NCBI GenBank assembly: GCA_044892525.1
Contig: CM097885.1
Span: 44,394,001 to 44,458,000 of the forward strand
DNA: 64,000 nucleotides
Source: Schmidtea polychroa
Taxonomy: Eukaryota
Reading direction: 5' to 3'
In this document: positions 40,601-53,987 of the stretch, one piece after another
Layout: every line of letters begins with the position of its first letter
How positions within the stretch are numbered: the first letter of the stretch is position 1
The notes under the pieces: model-generated
Told to the model about the DNA's origin: nothing
The model's input: the letters and a program-made list of their open reading frames with translations, nothing else
Databases searched by the model: none
Made by a program: the position numbers and the translations under genes

Positions 40601-42370
40601 CGATCTCTCAGCAAATATTTCTACCCCCTCATTAAATTTAACCGACAATATCCCATCTTATCCGATCTCTCAGCAAATAATTCTACCCTTTTAAACATCT
40701 ATCCGATTATATCCCTTATTTTCCCTAAAGATTCCGCCCACTTGAGCCCTTTAATATATATCAATCCTCTTAAAATCCTCAGATAAATTCAAAAATATGA
40801 CTTTTAATTAATTGTTATAGAACCAGACAAATAATAAGAGCCCATTAAAAGATCAAAATTCACTAAATTTTCTAAAAATATTTACCATCAAATACTGGAG
40901 ATGATATATATTGTTTGATCATAATTCTTCAGCTATTCAACCAATCATTTTCAAGCAATAACAACAAACTAAATTTCTGTATATCCTACAATAATTATCA
41001 AGTAAATTTAAAGTCATTGATAAAGTTGGTTTCTTAGCTTATGTTTTTTAAAGATCATCAATGTGTAAATATTCTTAGAAAATTATTGAAAAATTATTTA
41101 TTCAAATATATTACAAAGTTATCATCAAAAATTTATTCTATCACTTAATTATTAACCTAATTGTCAATGAAATTAATTTTTATTTAAAAACTATTCAATA
41201 AAATACCACTAATTATCAAGAAATTAACTAAATTTATCAATTAAATTTATCACCATTAAAACTTTTAATCAGTCAACATGAAATTCTTAGAAAATTATTC
41301 AATATCCTCATCAAAATTTATCTTATCACTTAATTATTGTACAAACTTTAATTATTAACCTCATTAAAAATAAATTTTTATTTAAAATTAAAAAACAAGT
41401 CAATAAAAATACATTCAATTATCAAGAAATTAATTAAATTTACCTTAGAATTAGCATTAAATTACAGATATTCACAAAAATTACGGAAATTCATGAAAAT
41501 AATAGAAAATTACAAAAAATGATAGAAATTCATAAAAATGATAGAAATTTACTTGAATAAAACCATCAACTCTAAAAATTATCAATGCCTTAAACAACAA
41601 ATTTGCCTAAATAATCATTCAAATAAAAACATTAAATACCTTTACGACTAATACCCTTGCGACATGTTGAATGTGAGTAGTACCCTTGTGAGCAATACCC
41701 ATAGGGGGACAGAATATTTTGTCGGATAAACTCAGAGTATATATTAATTAACTCATTTATCATTGAATTAGTCAAATTATCGTAAATTTCGATAAAAATT
41801 CTAAAGTGGTAAGCAATGTAAAGAGAAATATTCTTTAAACTTTGATAAAATTAACAATGAAGGTGGTAAGAATCTTCATTAAAGTGAGGAAATTATTCAT
41901 TACTCGATGATAAATTCAAATGGGTGAAAATAATTGGTAGAATAATTCATTAATGGAGGTAGATAATGAGAATAGGCATAGATAAAATGAAGGTTGATAA
42001 GAATGGATGTATTGCAACTATTTTCTAAAAATTAACACTTTAATAAAAAAAAACTTTTAAAACAAATATTTGTGGGGATGTTTTAAGTGAATAATTAATC
42101 AAAATCGACGGAATATAATTGATTAAATATCGGGTTAATGGAAATTCGAGGGGATATAAGTGAATAATTAATGGAGAATCGGGGGGAATATAGGAGATTA
42201 AATAGTGGGATAATGGAAAATCGGTGGAAAATATAGGGATTAAATAGTGGAGAATAATAGTGAATATAAGTGAGGAGGATATATAATTTAAGCTAGTTTA
42301 TTACATAACAAGCCGTGACTAGTTTATTACATAACAAGCCGCGACTAATTTATTACATAACAAGCTGTGA
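34331..42370 (-). repeat. Left arm (8,040 bp) of the giant inverted repeat
   Basis: Module-by-module reverse complement of the right arm. Confidence 0.95.
40040..40700. repeat. ~61-bp tandem array within the arm
   Basis: CTCTCATTAAATCTAACCGACTATATCCCCTT..ATATTCCCATCTTA units; counterparts at ~44990-45505 and ~14690-14960. Confidence 0.9.
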
Positions 42371-43325
42371 ATGATATTTTACCAACATTATACATGGTAT
42401 ATAATTTTAATTTTAATTGTATTTTTTAAATTGTATATATTTTCAATATCATTCTATTGTTTAATACCAATAATAAGTATAAAAAGTCTATAATGATTAA
42501 TAAATTAATATCTTGTTAACATTTATCTGAAAATTTAAAAAACTTTACTTATAATTTAGTGAAATATTTAATTTGGATTGTATTTTATTAGACATATATT
42601 TGAGTATTAACTTATTTTGATTGAAGTATTATATTCAATATTATGATGATTTTTTTTTCTAAATTAAAATATTTTAGTGTAAAATAGTAAATTTAATAAT
42701 GAATAGAATACAATATTAAAGGACTTTTTAAAAAGAAAAATTACTTTCTATTACCTAGTTCCATCATTAAGTTTAAAAAGTCTATAACTGTTAATAAATC
42801 AATTTCTTATTCACATTTTCTTATAAAACTTATATTTTTAAATTTAGTGTAAAGAATTTAATTTTAATTTTATTTTATAAGTCATTTATTTGAATTTTTA
42901 TCTTATTATTATTGAAAAGAATAATATAATTCATATTATTATATTTGTTTTCGAAATACTTAGTGTAAAATAGTAAATTTTATAATAAAAAGCTATTTTT
43001 GTAATATTAGAGTACTTAGTCATAAATTTGATAAAAAATAATGACCTAAGTTACTTTTTATTTCTATTACATATTTCCGTCAATAAGTTTAGAAGTATAT
43101 AACTGGTAATAGATTAATTTCTTATTTACAATATTTGAGAATTTGAAAAACTTATAAAATGTTTATTGTATTTTATAAGACTCATGTTTGAATATTAACT
43201 TATTTTGATTGAAAAGGGTAATTGATTTAGAAATTATTTAGTGTAAATCAAAACATTTAAATTATTAAAGTACTTATTCAGAAATTAAAAAAAGACCTAA
43301 TCAATAATTCTCAATAAAATACCAA

Positions 43326-46300
43326 TCACAGCTTGTTATGTAATAAATTAGTCGCGGCTTGTTATGTAATAAACTAGCTTAAATTATATATCCTCCTCAC
43401 TTATATTCACTATTATTCTCCACTATTTAATCCCTATATTTTCCACCGATTTTCCATTATCCCACTATTTAATCTCCTATATTCCCCCCGATTCTCCATT
43501 AATTATTCACTTATATCCCCTCGAATTTCTATTAACCCGATATTTAATCAATTATATTCCGCCGATTTTGATTAATTATTCACTCAAAACATCCCCACAA
43601 ATATTTGTTTTAAAAGTTTTTTTTTATTAAAGTGTTAATTTTTAGAAAATAGTTGCAATACATCCATTCTTATCAACCTTCATTTTATCTATGTCTATTC
43701 TCATTATCTACCTCCATTAATGAATTATTCTACCAATTATTTTCACCCATTTGAATTTATCATCGAGTAATGAATAATTTCCTCACTTTAATGAAGATTC
43801 TTACCACCTTCATTGTTAATTTTATCAAAGTTTAAAGAATATTTCTCTTTACATTGCTTACCACTTTAGAATTTTTATCGAAATTTACGATAATTTGACT
43901 AATTCAATGATAAATGAGTTAATTAATATATACTCTGAGTTTATCCGACAAAATATTCTGTCCCCCTATGGGTATTGCTCACAAGGGTACTACTCACATT
44001 CAACATGTCGCAAGGGTATTAGTCGTAAAGGTATTTAATGTTTTTATTTGAATGATTATTTAGGCAAATTTGTTGTTTAAGGCATTGATAATTTTTAGAG
44101 TTGATGGTTTTATTCAAGTAAATTTCTATCATTTTTATGAATTTCTATCATTTTTTGTAATTTTCTATTATTTTCATGAATTTCCGTAATTTTTGTGAAT
44201 ATCTGTAATTTAATGCTAATTCTAAGGTAAATTTAATTAATTTCTTGATAATTGAATGTATTTTTATTGACTTGTTTTTTAATTTTAAATAAAAATTTAT
44301 TTTTAATGAGGTTAATAATTAAAGTTTGTACAATAATCAAGTGATAGGATAAATTTTGATGAGGATATTGAATAATTTTCTAAGAATTTCATGTTGACTG
44401 ATTAAAAGTTTTAATGGTGATAAATTTAATTGATAAATTTAGTTAATTTCTTGATAATTAGTGGTATTTTATTGAATAGTTTTTAAATAAAAATTAATTT
44501 CATTGACAATTAGGTTAATAATTAAGTGATAGAATAAATTTTTGATGATAACTTTGTAATATATTTGAATAAATAATTTTTCAATAATTTTCTAAGAATA
44601 TTTACACATTGATGATCTTTAAAAAACATAAGCTAAGAAACCAACTTTATCAATGACTTTAAATTTACTTGATAATTATTGTAGGATATACAGAAATTTA
44701 GTTTGCTGTTATTGCTTGAAAATGATTGGTTGAATAGCTGAAGAATTATGATCAAACAATATATATCATCTCCAGTATTTGATGGTAAATATTTGTAGAA
44801 AATTTAGTGAATTTTGATCTTTTAATGGGCTCTTATTATTTGTCTGGTTCTATAACAATTAATTAAAAGTCATATTTTTGAATTTATCTGAGGATTTTAA
44901 GAGGATTGATATATATTAAAGGGCTCAAGTGGGCGGAATCTTTAGGGAAAATAAGGGATATAATCGGATAGATGTTTAAAAGGGTAGAATTATTTGCTGA
45001 GAGATCGGATAAGATGGGATATTGTCGGTTAAATTTAATGAGGGGGTAGAAATATTTGCTGAGAGATCGGATAAGATGGGATATTGTCGGTGAGATTTAA
45101 TGAGGGATGGGTTAAGATGGGAATATATGATTTTTAAAGGGATATAGTCGGTTAGATTTAATGAGAGATCAGATAAGGTGGGAATATATGATTTTTTAAG
45201 GGGATATAGTCGGTTAGATTTAATGAGAGATCAGATAAGATGGAAATATATCATTGTAAGGGGGATATAGTCGATTGATTTTAATGAGAGATCAGATAAG
45301 TTGGGAATATATCATTGTAAGGGGGATATAGTCGATTGAATTTAATGAGAGATGGGTTAAGATGGGAATATATGATTTTTTAAGGGGATATAGTCGGTTA
45401 GATTTAATGAGAGATCAGATAAGTTGGGAATATATCATTGTAAGGGGGATATAGTCGATTGAATTTAATGAGAGATGGGTTAAGATGGGAATATATGATT
45501 TTTTAAGTATGCTGTTGGTAAAATATCAATGTTTTAAGGGAAATGTCAATTAGTCAGTTATGTATCAATAATAATTATATCGTTTTATTAGATTGTGATT
45601 AATGCACAGTAAATTAATTTAGAACAATGTTCTATTAAGTAGGGATAATGATCGATTTACTTGGTTTTGACAATGAAATCTTTATAGATAATTGGGATTG
45701 ACTTCAACTTTAATTTATTTTTATCTTTATTTAGACGGAGAATGACAAAAGTTTAGAAATATGGACTTAAAACATCGACTAAATAAAATTGATCTTTATT
45801 GAAAGAAATCTTGATTTTAATTAGTAATTAAATCGGTTGAATATCGGTAAAATGATCATTTGAAGAAATATATTTTATTGAATGGATAAATTTAATCTTT
45901 TAATGGGACCTAGTCAGTTATATTTATTTTAAATTTCGAGTACAGTGATTAACAAAAAGTTAATTATAACCGGTTTTATCATTAGATTTTATCAATTATT
46001 TAGGGTTAATGACCAAATTATTTTACATGTTTTATAATATTCGTGATAATAGGAATTAAAGTCATTTAAAGGGGATTTTAAGCAATCTTATTAGTCTGAG
46101 GTAAATATATAACCTTTTAAGGATATTTATCGATAAAATACTAATCTTTAAAGATAGTTATTTCAGGGAAATTTGATGCTTTTTAGATGATTTTAGTGAA
46201 ATATTTGTAATAATATGGATTAAGGGTAGAAATATAGTCATTTAAGAGATTTTAAGGAATCTTGTTAGTTTGAGGTGAATATATAGTCTTTTAAGGGTAC

Positions 46301-47916
46301 TTATCATTAAAATATCAATCTTTAAAGATAGTGTTATTTCAATGAAATTTGATGCTTTTTAGATGATATTTGTAATAATATGAATTAAGGATAGAAATGT
46401 AGTCATTTAAGGGGATTTTAAGGAATCTTGTTAGTTTGAGGTGAATATATGATCTTTAACAAGTACTTATCATTAAAATACCAATCTTTAAATATTGATA
46501 TATTTAGGGGAAAATGATTCTTTTTAGATGATTTTATTGGAGAATTCACTTGGATATACCAATTATTGTCATTTAAATGAATTTACTGGTTTGTTAGATG
46601 TTATCATTAGTTATCTAGTCTCTTTTGGAATTTAATGATAATTATTTTTATTGTAGATTGCTGACTTTGATAATTGTAATGAATTTATACTGATTTTTTG
46701 AATATATTGAGAAATCAGTCAATCAATTTGAGTACATGTATTACTTTTACAAAAATAATTAAATTTTATTTTATTTAAATTAATTTATTCAATCTAAATC
46801 AATTATCTACTAGATCTTATTTCAAAATTCTTATTAATTTATTATCTTAGTTGATTCATATTAACTTGAATGATCAATGACTAGAATTTAAAGTTCTTTT
46901 TTGTCTATTAATTATATTTTTTTAATTTAGTATATTTTGAATAATTTAAATTTTTACAATAATTTAATCAATTTTTACCAAGTTATTGATGCCTTGAGTT
47001 CAAATATCTTAAAAGTGACTTGAGTTCAATTAATTTTTCATCTAATTTTTTCAAGTGATGAGTATTTGCTTTTAAAGATCAATTTGTTAGTACATAGTTG
47101 TTGGTTGTAAGTAGTTGGTTGACTTTTTAGATTTTGATAAGAAAATAGTGTATGCGATGAAGAATAATTTTTTTATTTAATTGCTATTATTTTTATGTGT
47201 TGTTAGTTGATTGTTGGTACTAAGTTGTTGGTTTCTTGTATTTGGTAGTTGGTACAGTGTTGTTTACTGATTGTTGTTATATAGTTGTAGGTTGATAATG
47301 CTTAGTACCTGGTTGTTGTTGGTTGTTAGTGTTTAGTATTTAGTTGTTTGAGACTTGGTTGTTGGTACTTGTTAGGTGGTTAATGGGTAGGTGGGGGTTG
47401 AGAGTTAGCAATATCCTTACGACCAGTACCCTTACGACCTGTACCCTTAGGGGGTCAAAACATCCTGTCGGATAAACTCAGAGTATATATAATAAAACTG
47501 ATCAACAATAAGTATTTATTGAATGCGATTTTTACATTGCAATAATAAGTTATCATTTAAAAGAAGAATGTTTTGTAAATTAGAATTCATTAGTCTTTCA
47601 TTGTAATTAAAATTATTTTGAATTCCACGTGGTGATGAGTTGTGGTTTTTTGATGAAAATCAACATTTTTGTTAAATTTGAAAAGGTTTTTCTAATGATT
47701 GTAATTAAATATATTTTTGAAGATAGATAAAAAATTAATTTAAAAAGCATTTCATAAAATACAATAAAGAATATTTAGTAGTTAGTTGTAAGTATCTGGT
47801 TGTTTGAGAGTTAGTTAGTACGTGGTATCATGGTGTAAGTATTTGTTAGCACCTAGTTAAAAAATAATCAGTAACCGATTGTTGGTAACTGTTGAATTAT
47901 TAGTATTTTTATTATA

Positions 47917-47968
<52 letters not shown>

Positions 47969-50900
47969 CATTTAAATTTCCATTTAAATTTTCATTATAA
48001 ATTACATTTCTCAAAAAAGTTGGTGGTTATTCAATCTTTTGATAATAAATTTAAAAATCTTACTTTAATTTACTTATTTAGCTTTAATTTAAAATTTGAA
48101 CCATTGGATACTTAATTTTAAATTTTGAACCATTGTTTTCTTTAATTTAAAATTTTTAACTTTAATTTACTTATCCTTAATTTACCTAATTATTCTTTAT
48201 TTCTTAATTTTACACCATAATTTATTTAACAACTAAATATAATCCTTATTTTCATATTTAACCAATAATTTCATGTGGTCATCTGGTTGTAAGTGTTTGG
48301 TATCTAGTTGACAGTGCTTAGTACTAGGCAAGTTACTTGGTTGTTAGTACTTGGTTGATAATACTTAGTGTCTGGTTGTATGTACTTGGTAGCTAGTTGT
48401 TAGTAACTAGTTGTAGGTAATTAATGCTTAGTAGTTGGTAACTGGTTGTTAGTACATGGTAGGTGGTAGCTAGTTGGTTGTAGGTACTAAGTAGTTGGTT
48501 GATAATGCTTAGTACTTGGTAGGTGGTTGTTAGTTGGTTGTAGGTACTTAGTAGTTGGTAATTAATGCTTAGTACCTGGTTGATGTTGGTTGTAGGTACT
48601 TAGTAGTTGGTAGCTAGTTGGTTGCTATCAGGTAACTAGTTGTTAGTAACTAGTTGTAGGTATCTGGTTGTTAATACATGTTCGTAATTTACTGGTACTT
48701 GGTATCTAGTTGTTAGTTGTTAGCGGGTTGTTAGTAACTGGGTATCTAGTTGTTAGTACTTGGTTGATAATGCTTAGTACCTGGTTGATGTTGGTTGTTA
48801 GTACTTAGTAGTTGGTAGCTAGTTGTTAGTAACTAGTTGTAAGTACTTGGTATCTGGTTGTTAGTTGTTATCTGGTTGTGAGTAGTTGGTATCAGGTTGT
48901 TAGCTGGTTGATAGTACTTGGTATCTGGTAATTAGTTGTAGGTACTTGGTTGTTTGAGAGTTATTTAGTACGTGGTATCTAGTTGTAGGTACTTGGTATC
49001 AGGTAACTGGTTGTTAGTAACTAGTTGTAAGTACTTGGTAGTTGGTTGTTAGTTGTTGGTATCAGGTTGTTAGCTGGTTGATAGTACTTGGTATCTGGTA
49101 ATTAGTTGTAGGTACTTGGTTGTTTGAGAGTTATTTAGTACGTGGTATCTAGTTGTAGGTACTTGGTATCAGGTAACTGGTTGTTAGTAACTTGTTGTAA
49201 GTACTTGGTAGTTGGTTAATAATGCTTAGTACCTGGTTGATGGTGGTTGTTAGTACTTGCTAGGTGGTAGCTAGTTGTTAGTTGGTTGTAGCTAGTTAAT
49301 GGGTAGGTGGTTGTTAGTAGTTGGTATCAGGTAACTAGTTGTAGGTATCTAGTTGTAGGTATCTGGTATCAGGTAACTGGTTGTTAGTAACTAGTTGTAG
49401 GTATCTGGTTGTTAATACATGTTCATAAATTACTGGTTGTTGGTACTAAGTTGTTGGTTTGTTGTTGAATTATTATTAAAATTTGTCTTTGAAAAATATT
49501 TCATAAAAATTTTCATTAAAAATTATCTTAAAAATTTCCATCTAAAATTATCATTGAAAAATATTTCATAAAAATTTCCATTAAAAATTACTTAAAAAAT
49601 TATTCCATAAAAATTTTCATTAAAAAATTTCAATTCTCAAACACCTTCAACTTTTTGTTAATAAATTTTAAAATCTTACTTTAATTTACTTATTTAAAAT
49701 TTTTTACCATTGATTACTTAATTTAAAAATTTGGACCTTAATTAACTTTAATTTAATTTTTAGAACCTAAATTTACTTTAATTTTAAAATTTGGACCATA
49801 ATTTACTTTAACTTAATTTTTAGAACCCTAATTTACTGTAATTCAAAATTTGGACCATAATTTACTGTAATTGAAAAATTTAGAACCATAATTTACTTTT
49901 AATTTAATTTTTAGAACCATAATTTACTTTAATTCAAAAATTTGGACCATAATTTACTTTATTTTAATTTTTAGAACCATTATTTACTTTAATTTAAAAT
50001 TTACCATGTTTTTTAGTGTAGACCACCTTTTTCTCAGGACCAAGGATACCCACCTCACTATAGTCTGAAAAATCCTTGGCTTTTTTAGTGTAGACCAGCT
50101 TTTTGTATTGAAAATATCCTGAGACCTTAAATTACCATGCTTTTTTATTGTAGACCAGCTTTTTGTGTTGAAAAAATTTTTTTTTGTATTGAAAATCCTA
50201 GGACCATCGTTTTTGTATTGAAAAATTTTTTGTATTGAAAATCCCAGGACCATCGTTTTTGTATTGAAATTTTTTTTTTTGTATTGAAAATCCCAGGACC
50301 ATCGAGACCCCCCCACTATAGTCTGAAAATTCTATGCTTTTTTATTGATAGTCGGATTTTTGTATTGAAAAAAATTTTTTGTATTGAAAATCCCAGGACC
50401 ATCGAGACCCCCTCACTATAGTGTGAAAATTTCTTGGCTTTTTTAGTGTAGACCAGCTTTTTGTATTGAAAAAAATTTTTTGTATTGAAAATCCCAGGAC
50501 CATCGAGACCCCCTCACTATAGTCTGAAAATTCTATGCTTTTTTATTGATAGTCGGATTTTTGTATTGAAAAAAATTTTTTGTATTGAAAATCCCAGGAC
50601 CACCGAGACCCCCTCACTATAGTCTGAAAATTTCTTGGCTTTTTTAGTGTAGACCAGCTTTTTGTATTGAAAAAAATTTTTTGTATTGAAAATCCCAGGA
50701 CCATCGAGACCCCCTCACTATAGTCTGAAAATTCTATGCTTTTTTATTGATAGTCGGATTTTTGTATTGAAAAAAATTTTTTGTATTGAAAATCCCAGGA
50801 CCATCGAGACCCCTCACTATAGTATGAAAATTTCTTGGCTTTTTTAGTGTAGACCAGCTTTTTGTATTGAAAAAAATTTTTTGTATTGAAAATCCCAGGA

Positions 50901-51545
50901 CCATCGAGACCCCCTCACTATAGTCTGAAAATTCTATGCTTTTTTATTGATAGTCGGATTTTTGTATTGAAAAAAATTTTTTGTATTGAAAATCCCAGGA
51001 CCATCGAGACCCCCTCACTATAGTCTGAAAATTCTATGCTTTTTTATTGATAGTCGGATTTTTGTATTGAAAAAAATTTTTTGTATTGAAAATCCCAGGA
51101 CCATCGAGACCCCCTCACTATAGTGTGAAAATTCCTTGGCTTTTTTAGTGTAGACCAGCTTTTTGTATTGAAAAAAATTTTTTGTATTGAAAATCCCAGG
51201 ACCATCGAGACCCCCCCACTATAGTCTGAAAATTCTATGCTTTTTTATTGATAGTCGGATTTTTGTATTGAAAAAAATTTTTTGTATTGAAAATCCCAGG
51301 ACCATCGAGTTCCCCTCACTATAGTCTGAAAATTCCTTGGCTTTTTTAGTGTAGACCAGCTTTTTGTATTGAAAATCCCAGGACCATCGAGACCCCCTCA
51401 CTATAGTGTGATAAAAAAAAATTTGGACCAAAAATCCCTGAAAGCAAAAAAATGAGTTGGGAACAATTGCGTAATAAAAAGTTGGGAACAAACCCCCCCC
51501 CCGGGGGGGGGGGTAATTGTTCCCGCGGGCTACTATCTACCTACT
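43326..51545 (+). repeat. Right arm (8,220 bp) of the giant inverted repeat
   Basis: Module-by-module reverse complement of the left arm. Confidence 0.95.
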
Positions 51546-53109
51546 ATTAGGAATCCTCATAATTGTTTTTCCAACAAGAGTGTTTCAACGTCTGTATTTT
51601 TTTACAGAAATAAATACTTACTCTGGCAAACTTTTTGAAGTGATGGAATTGCACGAACAACAAATATTGTCGAAAGATGGGATGATGGAATCTAATCACT
51701 GTTCGTGTGCAGTGATCCAACGATGTTGTTCCTAATCGAAGGACTTGAGAAGAATTGTCAGAAGCAGAAAGCGGCATTCATGCAAGGTGCAGCTGGAATA
51801 TAGGTAGTTGGCACTAAGAAATATCGTGACTGTTGACGGATATGGAAGAGCGAATGTACTACTATATCTTCACGCTATTGTACATTTGTCTCATAATAAA
51901 ATTGACTATATTAAAATGTTTACAGTTCGATAAATTAGTTTTTTTAATAATATAATTATGGCCAATCGTCCATGATCAACCGTTCGTTAACTAATCGTCC
52001 TTTGACTAATCGTCCGCATTAGTGCTGACCTTGATAAATTGAAATAATAACTTTGGTAAAATTCACTAAGCGTATAACTCATGTCATGAGAATAAGTACA
52101 AAACATCAAAATTGTGAATTATCCCTTATTTCATGAAAGATTTCAATAAACCAAATCGGATCATTGACAAGTATAAACAGTCAACAAAAAAATTCATTTT
52201 TATTACATTTGTAATGAATTTTAATGAAAAGAAATAATACATTTTATCTATTTAAATAATATTATTCTGTCAAGTGTACACCAGTTTTACTTATCCTTTG
52301 AAAGTTTTGAGATTATATTTCCGATTTACACATGAAGGGTAGAGATATTAGGGTTAAAGAAAAAGATGGCATAATAATATTAATGGGTGCTATAAATCAG
52401 TATTTATGACCAATAAATAGGCATTAAGTAAAATCAGACCTAAGACCTAATAAACTACTGATGGTTTGATCTTGATGAAACTTGCTGAGCAAATGATGCA
52501 TTTTGAGGATTTAAGAAACTTTGCATGAGTTTGGATGAAATATAACATGAAATAAGATTTTGGGTATTTTGTGCAAGTCCCTATCACTGTCTGACTCCGT
52601 GATGTCCTTTTATCAAGAAAATCGAACAACCCAACCCACTAGTATTCATTCGAAATTATCACAATCACACTTTAATGAAACAACCTCCGTTTACAAAACT
52701 TTAAATAACTCTTTTTGCTCTGCACACTTTTCAATTTCAAACTGAATCTTGCGCAGGGATAAATTTTCAAACGGTAGATGTCCCTTTTTGGTACGCCAGA
52801 TTTAAAACGATGTGGTTAGCACTAAGTTAAATATACTTTTACTCCCTATCACTATACTATTACTTTTTTTCTTCGACCAACTGGCAATTCTGTTTAATCC
52901 AATCGGGAATCGCATTTACTGGATTTAGCCTTCACTGAAGAAATTGATAAAATAATCCAAGACCTGAAAAAAGTGATGCAAAAGATAATGATTCAAAATA
53001 GGAATCAGGTATAAAAATAAGCTAAGATTTTTTAACTATTTATTTTAAATCTGATAATAAAATCTATTATGAAGTAATACCTAGAAATTTGAAATAAAGT
53101 TGAGATGTA

Positions 53110-53430
53110 CATTCGAACAACACCAGGATACATTGTCGAACCACTTGGTAAGGCTGTATTTCTATATAAATCTTTACGCATATCATCAGTTAAATCTGTT
53201 CCAGCTAATTTAATTCCAGAAATAGCATGAGGTAACACTTAACTTTCATAAATTGCCATAGTGTGAGATATAGGATCACTAGAGTCCAGAACGATACCCG
53301 AAGAACGACTTAAAGCATACAGAGAAAGAACTGCTTGGATTACAACATAAATCATTGGTGCTTTAAATGTCTCCAACATAATTTGAGTCGTGGATCCTCT
53401 GTCAGCTTTGGGAATATTGAAAAGAACTTC
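53110..53430 (-). pseudogene. Actin pseudogene fragment with internal deletion
   Basis: [66 protein letters not shown] joined directly to DMRKDLYRNTALPSGSTMYPG. Confidence 0.85.
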
Positions 53431-53464
53431 TCAGTCAGTTATTGAGATTGCATTGCCAGATGCG

Positions 53465-53556
53465 ATAGATTTAAAATGAACAAAGATATCTTTAGAGCTA
53501 CTATTATTGTCAACACTAATGAATTCATATCCATTATTTGAGTTAAACCATTTCAT
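53465..53556 (-). pseudogene. Cold-shock-domain (Y-box/Lin28-like) fragment
   Basis: MKWFNSNNGYEFI...KDIFVHFKSI matches the CSD RNP1/RNP2 pattern. Confidence 0.65.
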
Positions 53557-53856
53557 GATGAAAACGAAATAAATCGAAACTTCAAAAATCATTATTTTTA
53601 AAAATATGTGAATGCAACTCGTTTTAAACAACGTTCCCTTAAATGTCCAAATAATCAACTAATTATAAAAAAATCAAAATCAAAATATCTTGCCTCGAAA
53701 CTGTGTGCGTAACCCAACAGGCAATTAATTTTTCATTTCATATACGACTTATATATAGATTTCGATAAAACCGTCTACATCTCACCAGGCTTCAAAGGAT
53801 CTTGTCCGTTTAGTTTGTGTCGCCGTGATGTTATAAAACTATGACCCTGGTCAAAA

Positions 53857-53987
53857 GTTCTGATTTAGTTTCGCCCCTATACACATGTCCGACGATCGAT
53901 TTGCACGTCAGAACCGCTGCGGTCATCCACCAGAGTTTCCCCTGGGTTCAATCTTTCGGGTATCTACATGATCACTCAAACTCCGCC
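53857..53987 (-). rRNA. Dispersed 28S rRNA fragment (non-functional)
   Basis: Reverse complement reads ACCCGAAAGAT..GGAAACTCTGGTGGA..GCGGTTCTGACGTGCAAATCGATCGTC..GTATAGGGGCGAAA, a conserved LSU core segment. Confidence 0.85.

Larger units (their letters stand above)
34331..51545. mobile_element. Giant palindromic non-autonomous Polinton/Maverick-like element (17,215 bp)
   Basis: Arms 34331-42370 and 43326-51545 are reverse complements; AGTAGGTAGATAGTAG...CTACTATCTACCTACT termini; ATTAGG duplicated at 34325-34330 and 51546-51551. Confidence 0.88.

Noticed and set aside
50010..51410. CTCACTATAG resembles the T7/T3 promoter core and GGTCTC is a BsaI site (vector contamination?)
   Set aside because: The upstream TAATACGA specificity region is absent, and the motif is part of naturally diverged tandem units in three loci.
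34331..51545. Giant palindrome as an amplification or read-foldback artefact
   Set aside because: The exact 6-bp TSD, distinct outer flanks, distinct central spacer and arm-specific array lengths are not expected from a chimera; read-level confirmation is still advisable.
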